Assembly: GCA_048213135.1 (NCBI GenBank)
Contig: PS015009.1
Coordinates: 558,001 to 622,000, forward strand
Origin: Reclinomonas americana ATCC 50394
Taxonomy: Eukaryota
Length of the DNA: 64,000 bases
Reading direction: 5' to 3'
Made by a program: the position numbers and the translations under genes. The notes under the pieces were generated by a model. That model saw only the letters and a list, made by a program, of their open reading frames with translations. It searched no databases and was not told the DNA's origin. Position 1 is the first letter of the stretch. The number at the start of each line of letters is the position of its first letter. Below are positions 8,088-17,611 of this stretch, piece by piece.

Positions 8088-9767
8088 TTACAGGTACTTC
8101 GCCACAACAGGTATCCTTCTTCCCACGCCGAAGGCCTTGGGTGATACGCGTATGATGGGGCAGAACTGTTTGCGTTTGTACTCATTCACGTTCACCATTT
8201 TCAGCACCCTGTCTACCAATGCCGGGTCAAATCCGCCGGCTTTGATTTCATTGGGTCCTTTGCGCATCTCAATGTACTGGTACAGTATTTTATCGAGTAC
8301 GGCATAATCCGGAAGAGAATCGGCATCTTTTTGTCCCGGCCGCAATTCCGCGCTGGGCGCTTTATGGATGATGTTCGAAGGAATGATCTCCTTATCCCTG
8401 TTGATGTATTTCGCCAGTTCATACACCTGCATTTTGTAGCAATCGCCCAAAACGGCGATGCCACCTGCCATGTCGCCGTAAAGCGTTCCGTAACCGGTAG
8501 ACAATTCACTTTTATTGGAGGTATTCAGCAGTATGTAGCCCAGTTTATTCGCCACAGCCATCAGCAGGTTGCCACGGGTACGGCTTTGTATATTCTCTTC
8601 TGCAATACCGAAAGGAAGGTCCTTAAACACAGGTGCCAGTTCCTGCAGGAAGCTGTCGTAAATATTTTTGATGGGGATGATGTCATACGGGTTACCGAGG
8701 TTCTGGCTCAGTTGTACCGCATCGTCAACAGAGTGACCGGTGGAATATTGTGAAGGCATGAGTATGGCCCTTACCGCGTCTTTGCCCAATGCATCACAGG
8801 CAATGCCCAGCGTAACGGCGCTGTCGATACCGCCACTGCTGCCCAGTATAGCTTTGGTGAAACCCATCTTGGTAAAATAATCACGTATGCCCAGCACGAT
8901 CGCGGAATAGACCTGGTCAATATTCAACGCTTCTTCAAAATCGGCAGGTTCCAACAATCCATCGCGTACCCGGGCGGCCGGTTCAATGATATCTCCTTCA
9001 ATGCTGCCATCCTCATTCAGTACAAACGATTGCAGGTCTTCTTCAAACTTGGGAAGCTGTCCGCAAAGGTTGGCTTTGGCATCGAAAATAAGTGAAGCGC
9101 CGTCAAATACGATCTCCGTCTGGCTGCCCACACTGTTGCAATAGAAAAGCGGCAGTCCGTATTTCATCACATTCTCCTTGATGGTGGCCTTGCGGTCCTC
9201 ATCGTGGGTATAATCAAACGGCGAGGCCGACAGGTTAAGCATGATGTCTGGCTGCTGTTTCATCAGTTCATCCATCGGGCATACGCGGTACAGGGGATTA
9301 TCGCCCAGGTTCCAGATGTCCTCACAAATGGTCACGGCCAGTCGTTTTCCTTTAAAAGGAATCACCTGCCAGTCGTAAGCCGGCTCAAAATAGCGGTATT
9401 CGTCAAACACGTCGTAGGTAGGCAGGCAGGTTTTATGCACCACCGCTTTGACCTCCTTTTCATACAGGAAGAAGGCCGCGTTAAACAGGTCTTTTCCCTC
9501 CCGCACGGGATTACGGTCGGGGGCGCCTACCAGCACCGCGATGGTATCAGCATGCTGTTTTATTATATCTATAGCGGCATAGCTTTTATGGATAAAATCC
9601 TCAAACTCCAGGAAATCGCCGGGGGCATAACCACATACGCTCAGTTCACTGAACAAAACGATATCCGCACCTTCTGCTTTGGCCTGGCCAATAGCGCTGA
9701 TGATTTTTTGTGTATTGGACTCAAAATTGCCGATATGATAGTTCTGCTGTGCGAGAAAGATTTTCAT
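8088..9767 (-). CDS. nadE: Glutamine-dependent NAD+ synthetase
   Basis: N-terminal nitrilase domain (ICEDIW) fused to a synthetase domain (SGGIDS, NKSE, GYGTLYGD, PSAELRPGQ). Start moved to ATG 9767 (MKIFLAQQN). Confidence 0.96.
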   Translation of the reverse strand: MKIFLAQQNYHIGNFESNTQKIISAIGQAKAEGADIVLFSELSVCGYAPGDFLEFEDFIHKSYAAIDIIKQHADTIAVLVGAPDRNPVREGKDLFNAAFFLYEKEVKAVVHKTCLPTYDVFDEYRYFEPAYDWQVIPFKGKRLAVTICEDIWNLGDNPLYRVCPMDELMKQQPDIMLNLSASPFDYTHDEDRKATIKENVMKYGLPLFYCNSVGSQTEIVFDGASLIFDAKANLCGQLPKFEEDLQSFVLNEDGSIEGDIIEPAARVRDGLLEPADFEEALNIDQVYSAIVLGIRDYFTKMGFTKAILGSSGGIDSAVTLGIACDALGKDAVRAILMPSQYSTGHSVDDAVQLSQNLGNPYDIIPIKNIYDSFLQELAPVFKDLPFGIAEENIQSRTRGNLLMAVANKLGYILLNTSNKSELSTGYGTLYGDMAGGIAVLGDCYKMQVYELAKYINRDKEIIPSNIIHKAPSAELRPGQKDADSLPDYAVLDKILYQYIEMRKGPNEIKAGGFDPALVDRVLKMVNVNEYKRKQFCPIIRVSPKAFGVGRRIPVVAKYL

Positions 9768-9846
9768 GAACCTCCTGGTTGACCGGTTTTCACGGTTTGT
9801 TAGTAAATTTAACGGCTGTAAAGTTAAACTATTAAAACATCTGAAC

Positions 9847-10857
9847 ATGCGGTTCTTCTCTGCCTTTCTGCTGGTCGCTTTTCTTTTTGCCTGTAATTCA
9901 CAACACAAAGCACCCGATGTTTCGGATGTGAAGATATCGGTCACCACGCAGCGTTTTGAGGAAGACATGTTTAAGCTGGACACTAACAATCTTGCCCCGC
10001 AGCTTGATCAGTTGCAGGCCCGCTACCCTTCTTTCGGGGAAAATTTTTTCGCGTCCATTCTCAACTGCGATCCGCGGTGGAGTGCCGACACCATGGCCGG
10101 TTATGTAAAAGGATTTATTGGCGCCTACCGAAAAATGTACGACACATCCGAAATCCTGTTCCGCAATTTTGAACCTTACGAAAAAGAGATCAGGAAAGGG
10201 TTGCAATACCTGAAGCATTATTTCCCGGCCTATAAAACACCGGCGAAGATCATTACTTACATCGGGCCTGTGGATGGTTATGGCGATATCCTTACCGACG
10301 ATGCCATTGTGGTGGGATTACAACATCATTTGGGCAAACAATATTCGCTGTACCATACCCCCATGGTGCAGGAAACCTACCCGGATTACATCAGCCGCCG
10401 TTTTGAACCGGGTTATATCGCCGTAAACGCGATGAAAAATATCGTGCTGGATATGTTCCCCGAAAAAATGGAAGAACGGCCCCTGGTACAGCAAATGGTA
10501 GAGAAAGGTAAGCGGCTGTATGTGCTGTCGCAACTGCTGCCCGGCACCGATGAATATAAAATGATCGGTTACACCAAAGAACAACTGGAGAGCGCTTATA
10601 AGAATGAAAAAGTAGTGTGGGACCTTTTTGTACAGAATAACTTTTTGCAAACGATCGACAACAATATCATCAAGAATTATATTGGCGAGGGTCCCAAAAC
10701 ACAGGAACTGGGCGAATCATCTCCGGGTAATATCGGTTCCTTCGCGGGGTGGCAGATCGTGAAAAAATACATGAACAAACACCCCAATACCACGCTTCAG
10801 CAACTGATGGCTACCGATGCTGAAAGTGTTTTTACAGATGCACGGTATAAGCCGTAA
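9847..10857 (+). CDS. gldB: Gliding motility lipoprotein GldB
   Basis: Lipoprotein signal (LFAC), RFE motif, MVEKGKRLY and PGNIGSFAGWQIVKKYM..YKP C-terminus; adjacent to nadE. Start moved to ATG 9847. Confidence 0.85.
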   Translation: MRFFSAFLLVAFLFACNSQHKAPDVSDVKISVTTQRFEEDMFKLDTNNLAPQLDQLQARYPSFGENFFASILNCDPRWSADTMAGYVKGFIGAYRKMYDTSEILFRNFEPYEKEIRKGLQYLKHYFPAYKTPAKIITYIGPVDGYGDILTDDAIVVGLQHHLGKQYSLYHTPMVQETYPDYISRRFEPGYIAVNAMKNIVLDMFPEKMEERPLVQQMVEKGKRLYVLSQLLPGTDEYKMIGYTKEQLESAYKNEKVVWDLFVQNNFLQTIDNNIIKNYIGEGPKTQELGESSPGNIGSFAGWQIVKKYMNKHPNTTLQQLMATDAESVFTDARYKP

Positions 10858-10882
10858 TTAGTAATTAGTAATTAGTAATTAG
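10855..10882. repeat. Perfect heptamer tandem repeat (TAATTAG)x4
   Basis: Starts at the gldB stop codon. Confidence 0.9.
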
Positions 10883-10940
10883 TGCAAGACGTACACAGGA
10901 CACAAGGGTTGCCCGTTGGGTAATGTTTTCCAGAAAAATA

Positions 10941-12044
10941 CTAAGCTGCATTCACCGCCTGCTGCGTCATTGCGGGACGTTTTCCCAGGAAACGCATCAT
11001 ACGGAAATGAGAAGCAACAGCCCCGAATAAAGTGGGATATTGATTATAAGGAAGATTAAACTCAGCGCATTTTTCACGCACAATTTTACTGATGGCAGGA
11101 TAATGCACATGGCTCACCCTTGGGAAAAGGTGATGCTCTACCTGGTAATTCAGTCCGCCCACAAACCAGGAGATCACTTTATTATCCATTGCAAAATTAG
11201 CCGTGGTCTTGATCTGGTGCTCTGCCCAGGCGGTTTCAATATGTTTGGTGGCATCCAGTGGCACATGTTCAAACTCTGTATTCTCCACTACATGCGCCAG
11301 TTGAAATACAAGCGACAAAATAAGTCCCATGCTGGCGTTAAGCACCAGGTACCCGGCCAGCCAGGGCAATACACCCCATACCATGATCGGTAATACAATA
11401 TAAAAAACGAGGTACAGTACTTTGGTGGCCCAGAAGATGATGTGATTTTTTGTGCTCATCTTCCATGCATCGGTAGTATAGATCTTACGGGAAAAATATT
11501 TCTTGAAATCCATGATGAATATCCAGAAGATGGTGGAGAGGGAATATACCGGCAGCAGGTAAAGGTGCTGTATTTTATGGGCCGGTACCCACTTCTGCGT
11601 TTCACACTGGCGGATGATGGGGCTTTTGGCGATGTCATCATCAATACCGTCAACATTGGTATACGTATGGTGAATGATGTTGTGTTTTTGTTTCCAGAAG
11701 AAAGAACTGGCGCCCAGCATATTCAGGCTCAGTCCTAAAAAGTCGTTGAGCCAGGGTTTTGTGGAATAGCTGCCATGGTTGGCGTCGTGCATCACACTGA
11801 AACCAATGGAAGCCAGCGTTAACCCCAGTACAACGAGAAGCGACAGCGCCACCCAGGGGTTTACCGGTGTAAGCATAAGTACACCGTATATGGCAACAGC
11901 GGCAGATACCAGGATGATGGTTTTACTGAACAGTCTCCAGTCGCCGGTCTTCTTGATCTTTTTCTGAACAAAATATTCGTCAACAGCAGCTTTGAGGCTC
12001 TGGTAAAAATCATTGTTACGGTTACTGAAAGTGATCTTTGCCAT
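10941..12044 (-). CDS. Membrane fatty acid (acyl-CoA) desaturase
   Basis: 367 aa; His boxes HDANH, HNIIHH and QVEHH; multiple TM segments. Confidence 0.93.
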   Translation of the reverse strand: MAKITFSNRNNDFYQSLKAAVDEYFVQKKIKKTGDWRLFSKTIILVSAAVAIYGVLMLTPVNPWVALSLLVVLGLTLASIGFSVMHDANHGSYSTKPWLNDFLGLSLNMLGASSFFWKQKHNIIHHTYTNVDGIDDDIAKSPIIRQCETQKWVPAHKIQHLYLLPVYSLSTIFWIFIMDFKKYFSRKIYTTDAWKMSTKNHIIFWATKVLYLVFYIVLPIMVWGVLPWLAGYLVLNASMGLILSLVFQLAHVVENTEFEHVPLDATKHIETAWAEHQIKTTANFAMDNKVISWFVGGLNYQVEHHLFPRVSHVHYPAISKIVREKCAEFNLPYNQYPTLFGAVASHFRMMRFLGKRPAMTQQAVNAA

Positions 12045-12186
12045 AATTGGTATTAAGGTTTCAAATGTTTTTAATCCGGCAAATAGTTATGGGAAACGAC
12101 GCGGTATACGTATTGCTTATGAAACGTATGTTTTCGTTCATGCCTGACCGCTTAAAGGTAAACCAAATCCTCTAAAATCAGAGGCT

Positions 12187-12573
12187 TTAGTTCATTTTAA
12201 AGGGCGCATTCATCTCGAATGACGGGATGATGACATGGAACGTACGTTTGTTGCTGATGTTCTCCATGAGGTAGGTACCATACATTTTGCCCATTTCCGT
12301 GCGAAGGTTACAGCCGCTGATGTACTGGTAGGAGCCGCCGGGATTGATCTGGGGCTGAACACCTACAACACCTTCTCCTTCCACTTCCCTTTCGCTGCCG
12401 TTACTGTCGAAAATATGCCAGTGCCTGCGCAGGAGCCTGATCGGGAAATTGTTCATATTCTCGATCGTAATGCGGTAGGCAAACATAAATTCGCTGTTTA
12501 CCGGGTTGCTGTAGTCTGGCTGGTAATAAGTTTCGACGCTGATGGTTACGCCCTCTGATATTTTGGAGATCAT
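12187..12573 (-). CDS. apaG: ApaG protein
   Basis: 128 aa; FAYRITIEN, RHWHI, VEGEGVVG, GKMYGTY. Confidence 0.95.
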   Translation of the reverse strand: MISKISEGVTISVETYYQPDYSNPVNSEFMFAYRITIENMNNFPIRLLRRHWHIFDSNGSEREVEGEGVVGVQPQINPGGSYQYISGCNLRTEMGKMYGTYLMENISNKRTFHVIIPSFEMNAPFKMN

Positions 12574-12656
12574 GAGACGGTTTTTCGTAAAAATAATAAT
12601 AAAAATCCCCTTTTATTGTAAATTAGGTGAGTTTCATTCTGTTAAAATCATGTCAT

Positions 12657-12884
12657 ATGCCGGTTAAGACCATACATTACAATAATGCCGACATTACGGT
12701 AATCTGGAAACCAGAGCTTTGTATACATTCAGCTATCTGCGCCCGCGGGCTGCCCGCCGTTTTTGACCCCCGCCGCAGGCCCTGGGTAGACATGAGCCAG
12801 GCCACCACGCTGCAGATCGTTGATCAGGTAAAAAAATGCCCCAGCGGCGCCCTCAGTTATACAGAGAAAGAAAAAAGCGACTGA
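12657..12884 (+). CDS. Divergent 4Fe-4S mono-cluster protein (YjdI-like)
   Basis: CIHSAICARGLPAVF..RPW..CPSGAL motif. Confidence 0.88.
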   Translation: MPVKTIHYNNADITVIWKPELCIHSAICARGLPAVFDPRRRPWVDMSQATTLQIVDQVKKCPSGALSYTEKEKSD

Positions 12885-13255
12885 GGAAATACCCTTCTTC
12901 TTTCTACTGCTTCTTTGCTTTGGTATAGCCTTTTTTTTTGCAGCCATTGCAGTATTTTATCGCGGTTATCACCCTGCACTATGATCTCTCCGTCCTTTAC
13001 CGAACCACCGGTTCCGCAGAAGCTTTTCAGTTGTTTTCCCAGTTCTTCCAGGTCGGATACCGTACCAGAAAACCCGGTCACCAGCGTAACCGCTTTTCCC
13101 GCCCTTTGTTTGGTATCGAGCCGGATGCGCAGCAATTGTTCCGCCGCCGGTAAGGTGTTCACTTCTTCGGGTTCATCGCCCGGCAGTTTATAATCCGGAT
13201 CCGTGGAATAAACCAGTCCGCCCCAGCTGTTTGTTGTGTTCTTTTTCTTACTCAT
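12857..13255 (-). CDS. SUI1/YciH family translation initiation factor; C-terminus appears frameshifted (expected stop 12904-12906)
   Basis: LVYSTDP, RAGKAVTLV, CGTGGSVKDGEIIVQGD. Removing one base of the T9 run at 12931-12939 gives ..QKKGYTKAKKQ* and removes the overlap with the convergent gene. Confidence 0.9.
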   Translation of the reverse strand: MSKKKNTTNSWGGLVYSTDPDYKLPGDEPEEVNTLPAAEQLLRIRLDTKQRAGKAVTLVTGFSGTVSDLEELGKQLKSFCGTGGSVKDGEIIVQGDNRDKILQWLQKKRLYQSKEAVERRRVFPQSLFSFSV

Positions 13256-13257
13256 GA

Positions 13258-14109
13258 TCAGATCATTTTTGCTTTCAGGCTCAGGTCCAGGCTGCGGGCC
13301 TGGTGTATGATGGAGCCGCTGGAAATAAAATCCACCCCAGTGGCGGCATAGTCGGTAATATTATCGAGGTGGATACCGCCGCTGGCTTCGGTCTCATATT
13401 TTTTATCAATGATAACCAGCGCTTCGGCAATCTGTGCCGGTTTGAAATTATCGAGCATAATACGGTCCACTTTACCCGTGGCCATCACTTCCCGTACATC
13501 ATCCAGGCTGCGGGTTTCCACTTCTATCTTCATGCCGGGTTTGTGCTGCTGCACATAATCGTATGCTTTGTTGATGGCCTTGGCAATGCCGCCGCAATAG
13601 TCGATATGGTTGTCTTTCAGCATGATCATATCGTACAGGCCAAAACGATGGTTGACGGCCCCGCCAATGCGTACCGCTTCTTTTTCCAGCAGCCGGAAAT
13701 TGGGTGTTGTTTTGCGGGTGTCGAGCAGCCGGGTATGATAGCCTTCCAGTTTGCGTACATAGGTCGCCGTTAGTGTGGCAATACCGCTCATACGCTGCAT
13801 ACAATTCAGCACCAGTCTTTCGCATTGCAGGATGGTATGCACCAGCGCCTCCACTTCAAAAGCCACATCGCCGGGTTGCATGGCATCGCCGTCTTTCATG
13901 GCCGGGTAAAAAACAATACCGGGCTCCATATGACGGAATATGCGTTCCGCCACATGCATGCCTGCCAGTACACCGGCTTCTTTTATTTTCAGTACCGCCC
14001 TCCCTTTGGCCTCTGCCGGGATGCTCGACAGCGTGGAATGGTCGCCGTCGCCGATATCTTCCCGCAACGCATTGGTGATGAGGTGGTCGAGTTGTTCTTC
14101 GTAAGTCAT
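13258..14109 (-). CDS. nadC: Nicotinate-nucleotide diphosphorylase (quinolinate phosphoribosyltransferase)
   Basis: 283 aa; DTRKTTP, NHRFGLYD, KDNH, IMLDNF, EASGGI. Confidence 0.97.
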   Translation of the reverse strand: MTYEEQLDHLITNALREDIGDGDHSTLSSIPAEAKGRAVLKIKEAGVLAGMHVAERIFRHMEPGIVFYPAMKDGDAMQPGDVAFEVEALVHTILQCERLVLNCMQRMSGIATLTATYVRKLEGYHTRLLDTRKTTPNFRLLEKEAVRIGGAVNHRFGLYDMIMLKDNHIDYCGGIAKAINKAYDYVQQHKPGMKIEVETRSLDDVREVMATGKVDRIMLDNFKPAQIAEALVIIDKKYETEASGGIHLDNITDYAATGVDFISSGSIIHQARSLDLSLKAKMI

Positions 14110-14113
14110 GTAG

Positions 14114-14121
14114 CAAAGCTA
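14114..14121 (-). promoter_or_regulatory. -7 element TAGCTTTG, 4 nt upstream of the nadC ATG
   Basis: Match to TAnnTTTG. Confidence 0.65.
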
Positions 14122-14154
14122 AGAAAGAAGTTTGTCGCACAGACGGGCCTTAAT

Positions 14155-14188
14155 AAACAAAGCCCCGGTTTCCGGGGCCTGTTTTTTT
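14155..14188 (-). terminator. Intrinsic terminator downstream of the DUF4783 gene
   Basis: GCCCCGG-TTT-CCGGGGC stem (14162-14178) with T-rich tails on both strands. Confidence 0.75.
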
Positions 14189-14206
14189 ATTGTCGTATCA
14201 GAAAGA

Positions 14207-14590
14207 TTACTGGTTCTCGAACCGGATCTCCTGCAGGTACTGTTTATCGGCTTTTTGTTTCATAAAGATCGTCGTGCGGAAACTGCCTGTTTTAGTATTC
14301 AGGTTGCCGATGCGGTATTGCGATCCGCCGTTCTCCCCTTTGTGGATCACTTCGAATCCTTTTACCGGGTTAGTGGCAAAAAAGTCTTTCAGCACCAGTT
14401 CCGCCTGGCTTTTGCTGTAACTATTGCTTTTATCCAGCATGGTGATCTCCACGGTATTGTCGAAATACCTGGCGATCTGGCTGGAGTTACCGTTTTTCAT
14501 CGCATTCACCACATCATCAATGCCCTGTTGAAGCACCGTAAAAGAAAGAACGACCAGGCTGATGGCGGCAAATGTAAATATGCGTTTCAT
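14207..14590 (-). CDS. DUF4783 domain-containing exported protein
   Basis: Signal peptide, YSKSQAELVLKDFF, HKG and IGNL motifs; lies between nadC and gpmI. Start moved to ATG 14590. Confidence 0.85.
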   Translation of the reverse strand: MKRIFTFAAISLVVLSFTVLQQGIDDVVNAMKNGNSSQIARYFDNTVEITMLDKSNSYSKSQAELVLKDFFATNPVKGFEVIHKGENGGSQYRIGNLNTKTGSFRTTIFMKQKADKQYLQEIRFENQ

Positions 14591-14684
14591 GATTTTGTCT
14601 TTTAAGTAAGGTTGAAGCCCGGGAAGCTTCCTGGCATTCGTTAGTAATGGTAATCCCCGCACTCCTCAATTTCACCTGTCAGTT

Positions 14685-14700
14685 TGCCAAAAACGTGCCA
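14685..14700 (-). promoter_or_regulatory. Putative sigma54 (-24/-12) promoter for the DUF4783 gene
   Basis: Minus strand TGGCACGTTTTTGGCA against consensus TGGCACG-N4-TTGCW; GG and GC correctly spaced. Confidence 0.55.
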
Positions 14701-14788
14701 AGCTGTGTTAAAGATACGGCTTGCTGCCTTATTTTATCCCCGGACAGGAATACGGCTGATTTCGCTGCAAATATTTTAGTTTTACAGG

Positions 14789-16309
14789 ATGCAAGATAAA
14801 AAAGTCATTCTCATCATTATGGACGGCTGGGGCCTCGGAAAAGTAAAGGAAAGCGATGCCATTCAGCATGCCCGTACCCCATTCGTAAGTGCTTTATACT
14901 CAAAATATCCCAATACTACCCTGGTTACCTGCGGTGAAGATGTGGGCCTTCCGGAAGGGCAGATGGGCAACAGCGAAGTAGGCCACCTGAACCTGGGGGC
15001 CGGCCGGATCGTTTACCAGGAACTCCAGCGCATTAACGTGGCCATCCGTACCGGGGAATTCAACACCAACCCGCAGTTACTCAGCGCTATCCGCTATGCC
15101 CGCGACAACAATAAAACCCTTCACCTGCTGGGTCTTGTAAGCGACGGCGGGGTACATTCCCATATCAGCCACCTGGAGGCCCTTACCAGCCTTTGCCAGG
15201 CCGAAGGACTGCAGCAGGTACTCATACATGCATTCACAGACGGACGTGATACCGACCCCAAAAGCGGGCTGGGTTACATTCAGCAACTCCAGCAGCACCT
15301 GAACAAAACCACGGGCAAAATTGCCAGCATTACCGGCCGCTATTATGCCATGGACCGCGACAAACGCTGGGAGAGGGTGAAAATCGCCTATGACGCCCTT
15401 GTGCATGGTACCGGCACCGCCAGTAATGACCTGGCCGCCGCCATACAGCAATCCTATAAAGACGGGGTGACCGACGAGTTCATTAAACCCATCATCAACA
15501 GCAGCGTTGCCAACCCGGTAATTAAAGCTGATGATGCCGTGATCTGTTTCAACTTCCGTACCGACAGGTGCCGGGAGATCACCGAAGTACTGACACAGAC
15601 CGACATGCCCGATTACGGCATGACCACCCTGCCCCTGCACTATACCACCATGACGCAGTACAACCACAATTATAAAAACGTGAACGTGGTGTTTGAGAAC
15701 GACGACCTGAAGAATACATTGGGTGAAATATTATCGCAGCAAGGGAAAACCCAGGTGCGCATCGCGGAAACAGAAAAATACCCGCATGTGAGTTTCTTTT
15801 TCAGCGGCGGAAGGGAAAAACCTTTTGACGGAGAGAAGAGGATCATGATACCCTCGCCCAAAGTGGCTACCTATGATCTGCAACCGGAAATGAGCGCCGT
15901 GGAAGTAACCAACGCGATCGTGGAAGAGATCAATACCCATACACCCGACTTCATCTGCCTCAATTTTGCCAATGCCGATATGGTGGGACATACCGGCGTA
16001 TGGGAAGCTGTGATCAAAGCCGTGGAAACGGTGGATGCCTGCGTGGATCGTGTGGTGACCGCCGCGCTGGCAAAGGATTACGACATTGTACTTACCGCCG
16101 ATCATGGCAATGCCGATTACGAGATCAATGAGGACGGTACCCCCAATACTGCACACACGCTGAACCTGGTGCCGCTGTTCATCATCAGCAATACCTGGAA
16201 AGGTACCGTGCATGCCGGTAAACTCGGCGATATTGCGCCTAGCATTCTTACGCTGATGAGACTGCCCATTCCCGCGGAAATGACAGGCAACATACTGGTC
16301 AACAACTAA
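14789..16309 (+). CDS. gpmI: 2,3-bisphosphoglycerate-independent phosphoglycerate mutase
   Basis: 506 aa; MDGWG, MGNSEVGH, GRYYAMDRD, ETEKYPHV, DMVGHTG, TADHGNA. Confidence 0.98.
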   Translation: MQDKKVILIIMDGWGLGKVKESDAIQHARTPFVSALYSKYPNTTLVTCGEDVGLPEGQMGNSEVGHLNLGAGRIVYQELQRINVAIRTGEFNTNPQLLSAIRYARDNNKTLHLLGLVSDGGVHSHISHLEALTSLCQAEGLQQVLIHAFTDGRDTDPKSGLGYIQQLQQHLNKTTGKIASITGRYYAMDRDKRWERVKIAYDALVHGTGTASNDLAAAIQQSYKDGVTDEFIKPIINSSVANPVIKADDAVICFNFRTDRCREITEVLTQTDMPDYGMTTLPLHYTTMTQYNHNYKNVNVVFENDDLKNTLGEILSQQGKTQVRIAETEKYPHVSFFFSGGREKPFDGEKRIMIPSPKVATYDLQPEMSAVEVTNAIVEEINTHTPDFICLNFANADMVGHTGVWEAVIKAVETVDACVDRVVTAALAKDYDIVLTADHGNADYEINEDGTPNTAHTLNLVPLFIISNTWKGTVHAGKLGDIAPSILTLMRLPIPAEMTGNILVNN

Positions 16310-16320
16310 TTTTGTTTTAT

Positions 16321-16815
16321 ATGAAACTCTTTTTCAAAAGACTCTTCCAGTTGCTGCTGATCGCCTTTATCGGCATACAGTTCATCAGGCCCGCAAAAAA
16401 TATATCGGCTACCAAAGGGCCTAATGATATTTCAGTCAAATATCCCGTGCCCGCCGAAGTGGAAAAAATACTGAAAACAGCCTGTTACGACTGCCACAGC
16501 AACAATACCGTTTACCCCTGGTACAGCCATATTCAGCCTGTAACCTGGTGGCTCGATAAACACATCCGCGACGGAAAAAAGGACCTCAATTTTTCCGAGT
16601 TCACCACGTACAGTGCCAGGAGGCAGTACCGCAAGCTGGAAGAAGTGGGTGAACTTGCCGACAATGGCGAAATGCCACTCTCCTCCTATACCCTTATTCA
16701 CCGCGATGCCAAACTGAGCCCGGAGCAAAAAGCCACCCTTACCGGCTGGGTAAATGCCCTGCGTGACAGCATCAAACAAAACTATCCGCCTGACAGCCTG
16801 CTGAAGAGAAAATAA
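16321..16815 (+). CDS. Heme-binding domain protein (c-type CxxCH)
   Basis: N-terminal anchor, CYDCHSN..YPWYS, LNFSEF and EMPL..YTLIH motifs. Confidence 0.85.
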   Translation: MKLFFKRLFQLLLIAFIGIQFIRPAKNISATKGPNDISVKYPVPAEVEKILKTACYDCHSNNTVYPWYSHIQPVTWWLDKHIRDGKKDLNFSEFTTYSARRQYRKLEEVGELADNGEMPLSSYTLIHRDAKLSPEQKATLTGWVNALRDSIKQNYPPDSLLKRK

Positions 16816-16975
16816 CGTTGGTATAGCGTATTTTTCACACATATCAGGTAATTCTTTATTGATCAGGAAGTTAGCAAAGATTAACCCCGTCTTTTTCTGC
16901 TGTTTTTTTTATATAACCCATGCAGCTATAATCTTCCGCATTTTGTCTATATTTATAGGGTAAATCCAGACAATT

Positions 16976-17557
16976 ATGACGGAAGAGCTCATGCTGGCCG
17001 GGTGTGTACGTAATAATGCCGCTGCACAAGAGGCATTGTACAACCGTTTCAGTCCCCGAATGCTGGGGGTGTGCTACCGTTTTGCCAAGAACAGGGAGGA
17101 TGCCGAGGATATGCTGCAGGAAGGTTTCATCAAAGTTTTTACCCAGATACATCAATACCGGAATGAAGGTGCGCTGGAGGGATGGATAAGGCGGATCATT
17201 GTGCACACCTGTATCAACATCCTGAAGAAGAACAAGAAATTTTCTGAAAGTGTTGATATCATACATGCGAACAGTGTTCATGTGAAGGAAGATATGATCC
17301 CGTCAATCATGCAGGCAAAACAGGTGGTGGAATGCATCAGGTTACTGCCATTGGGCTACCGTACCGTTCTTAATCTGTACGCCATAGAGGGTTTTTCGCA
17401 CAAGGAGATCGCCGGTTTGCTGGATATAGAGGAGAGCACGAGCCGGAGCCAGTACACCCGCTCCAAGGCCATGCTGGAAGAGATACTCATTAAAAAGAAA
17501 ATCATTCAGAAACCCAGGGAGAAGACCGGCTTTATCGCCGCCTTCGGCCAGGGATGA
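16976..17557 (+). CDS. ECF RNA polymerase sigma factor
   Basis: 193 aa; region 2 (DAEDMLQEGFIKVF, EGWIRRI) and region 4 (LPLGYRTVLNLYAIEGFSHKEIA..STSRSQ). Confidence 0.95.
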   Translation: MTEELMLAGCVRNNAAAQEALYNRFSPRMLGVCYRFAKNREDAEDMLQEGFIKVFTQIHQYRNEGALEGWIRRIIVHTCINILKKNKKFSESVDIIHANSVHVKEDMIPSIMQAKQVVECIRLLPLGYRTVLNLYAIEGFSHKEIAGLLDIEESTSRSQYTRSKAMLEEILIKKKIIQKPREKTGFIAAFGQG

Positions 17558-17611
17558 TCAACAATATCCTTATTGAAGAAACACCATAACTAAACGCTTT
17601 TTTTGTGACAG

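Noticed and set aside
9766-9989. Apparent head-to-head overlap of the nadE and gldB ORFs in the track
   Set aside because: Artefact of over-extended starts; likely starts are 9767 and 9847, leaving a 79-bp gap.
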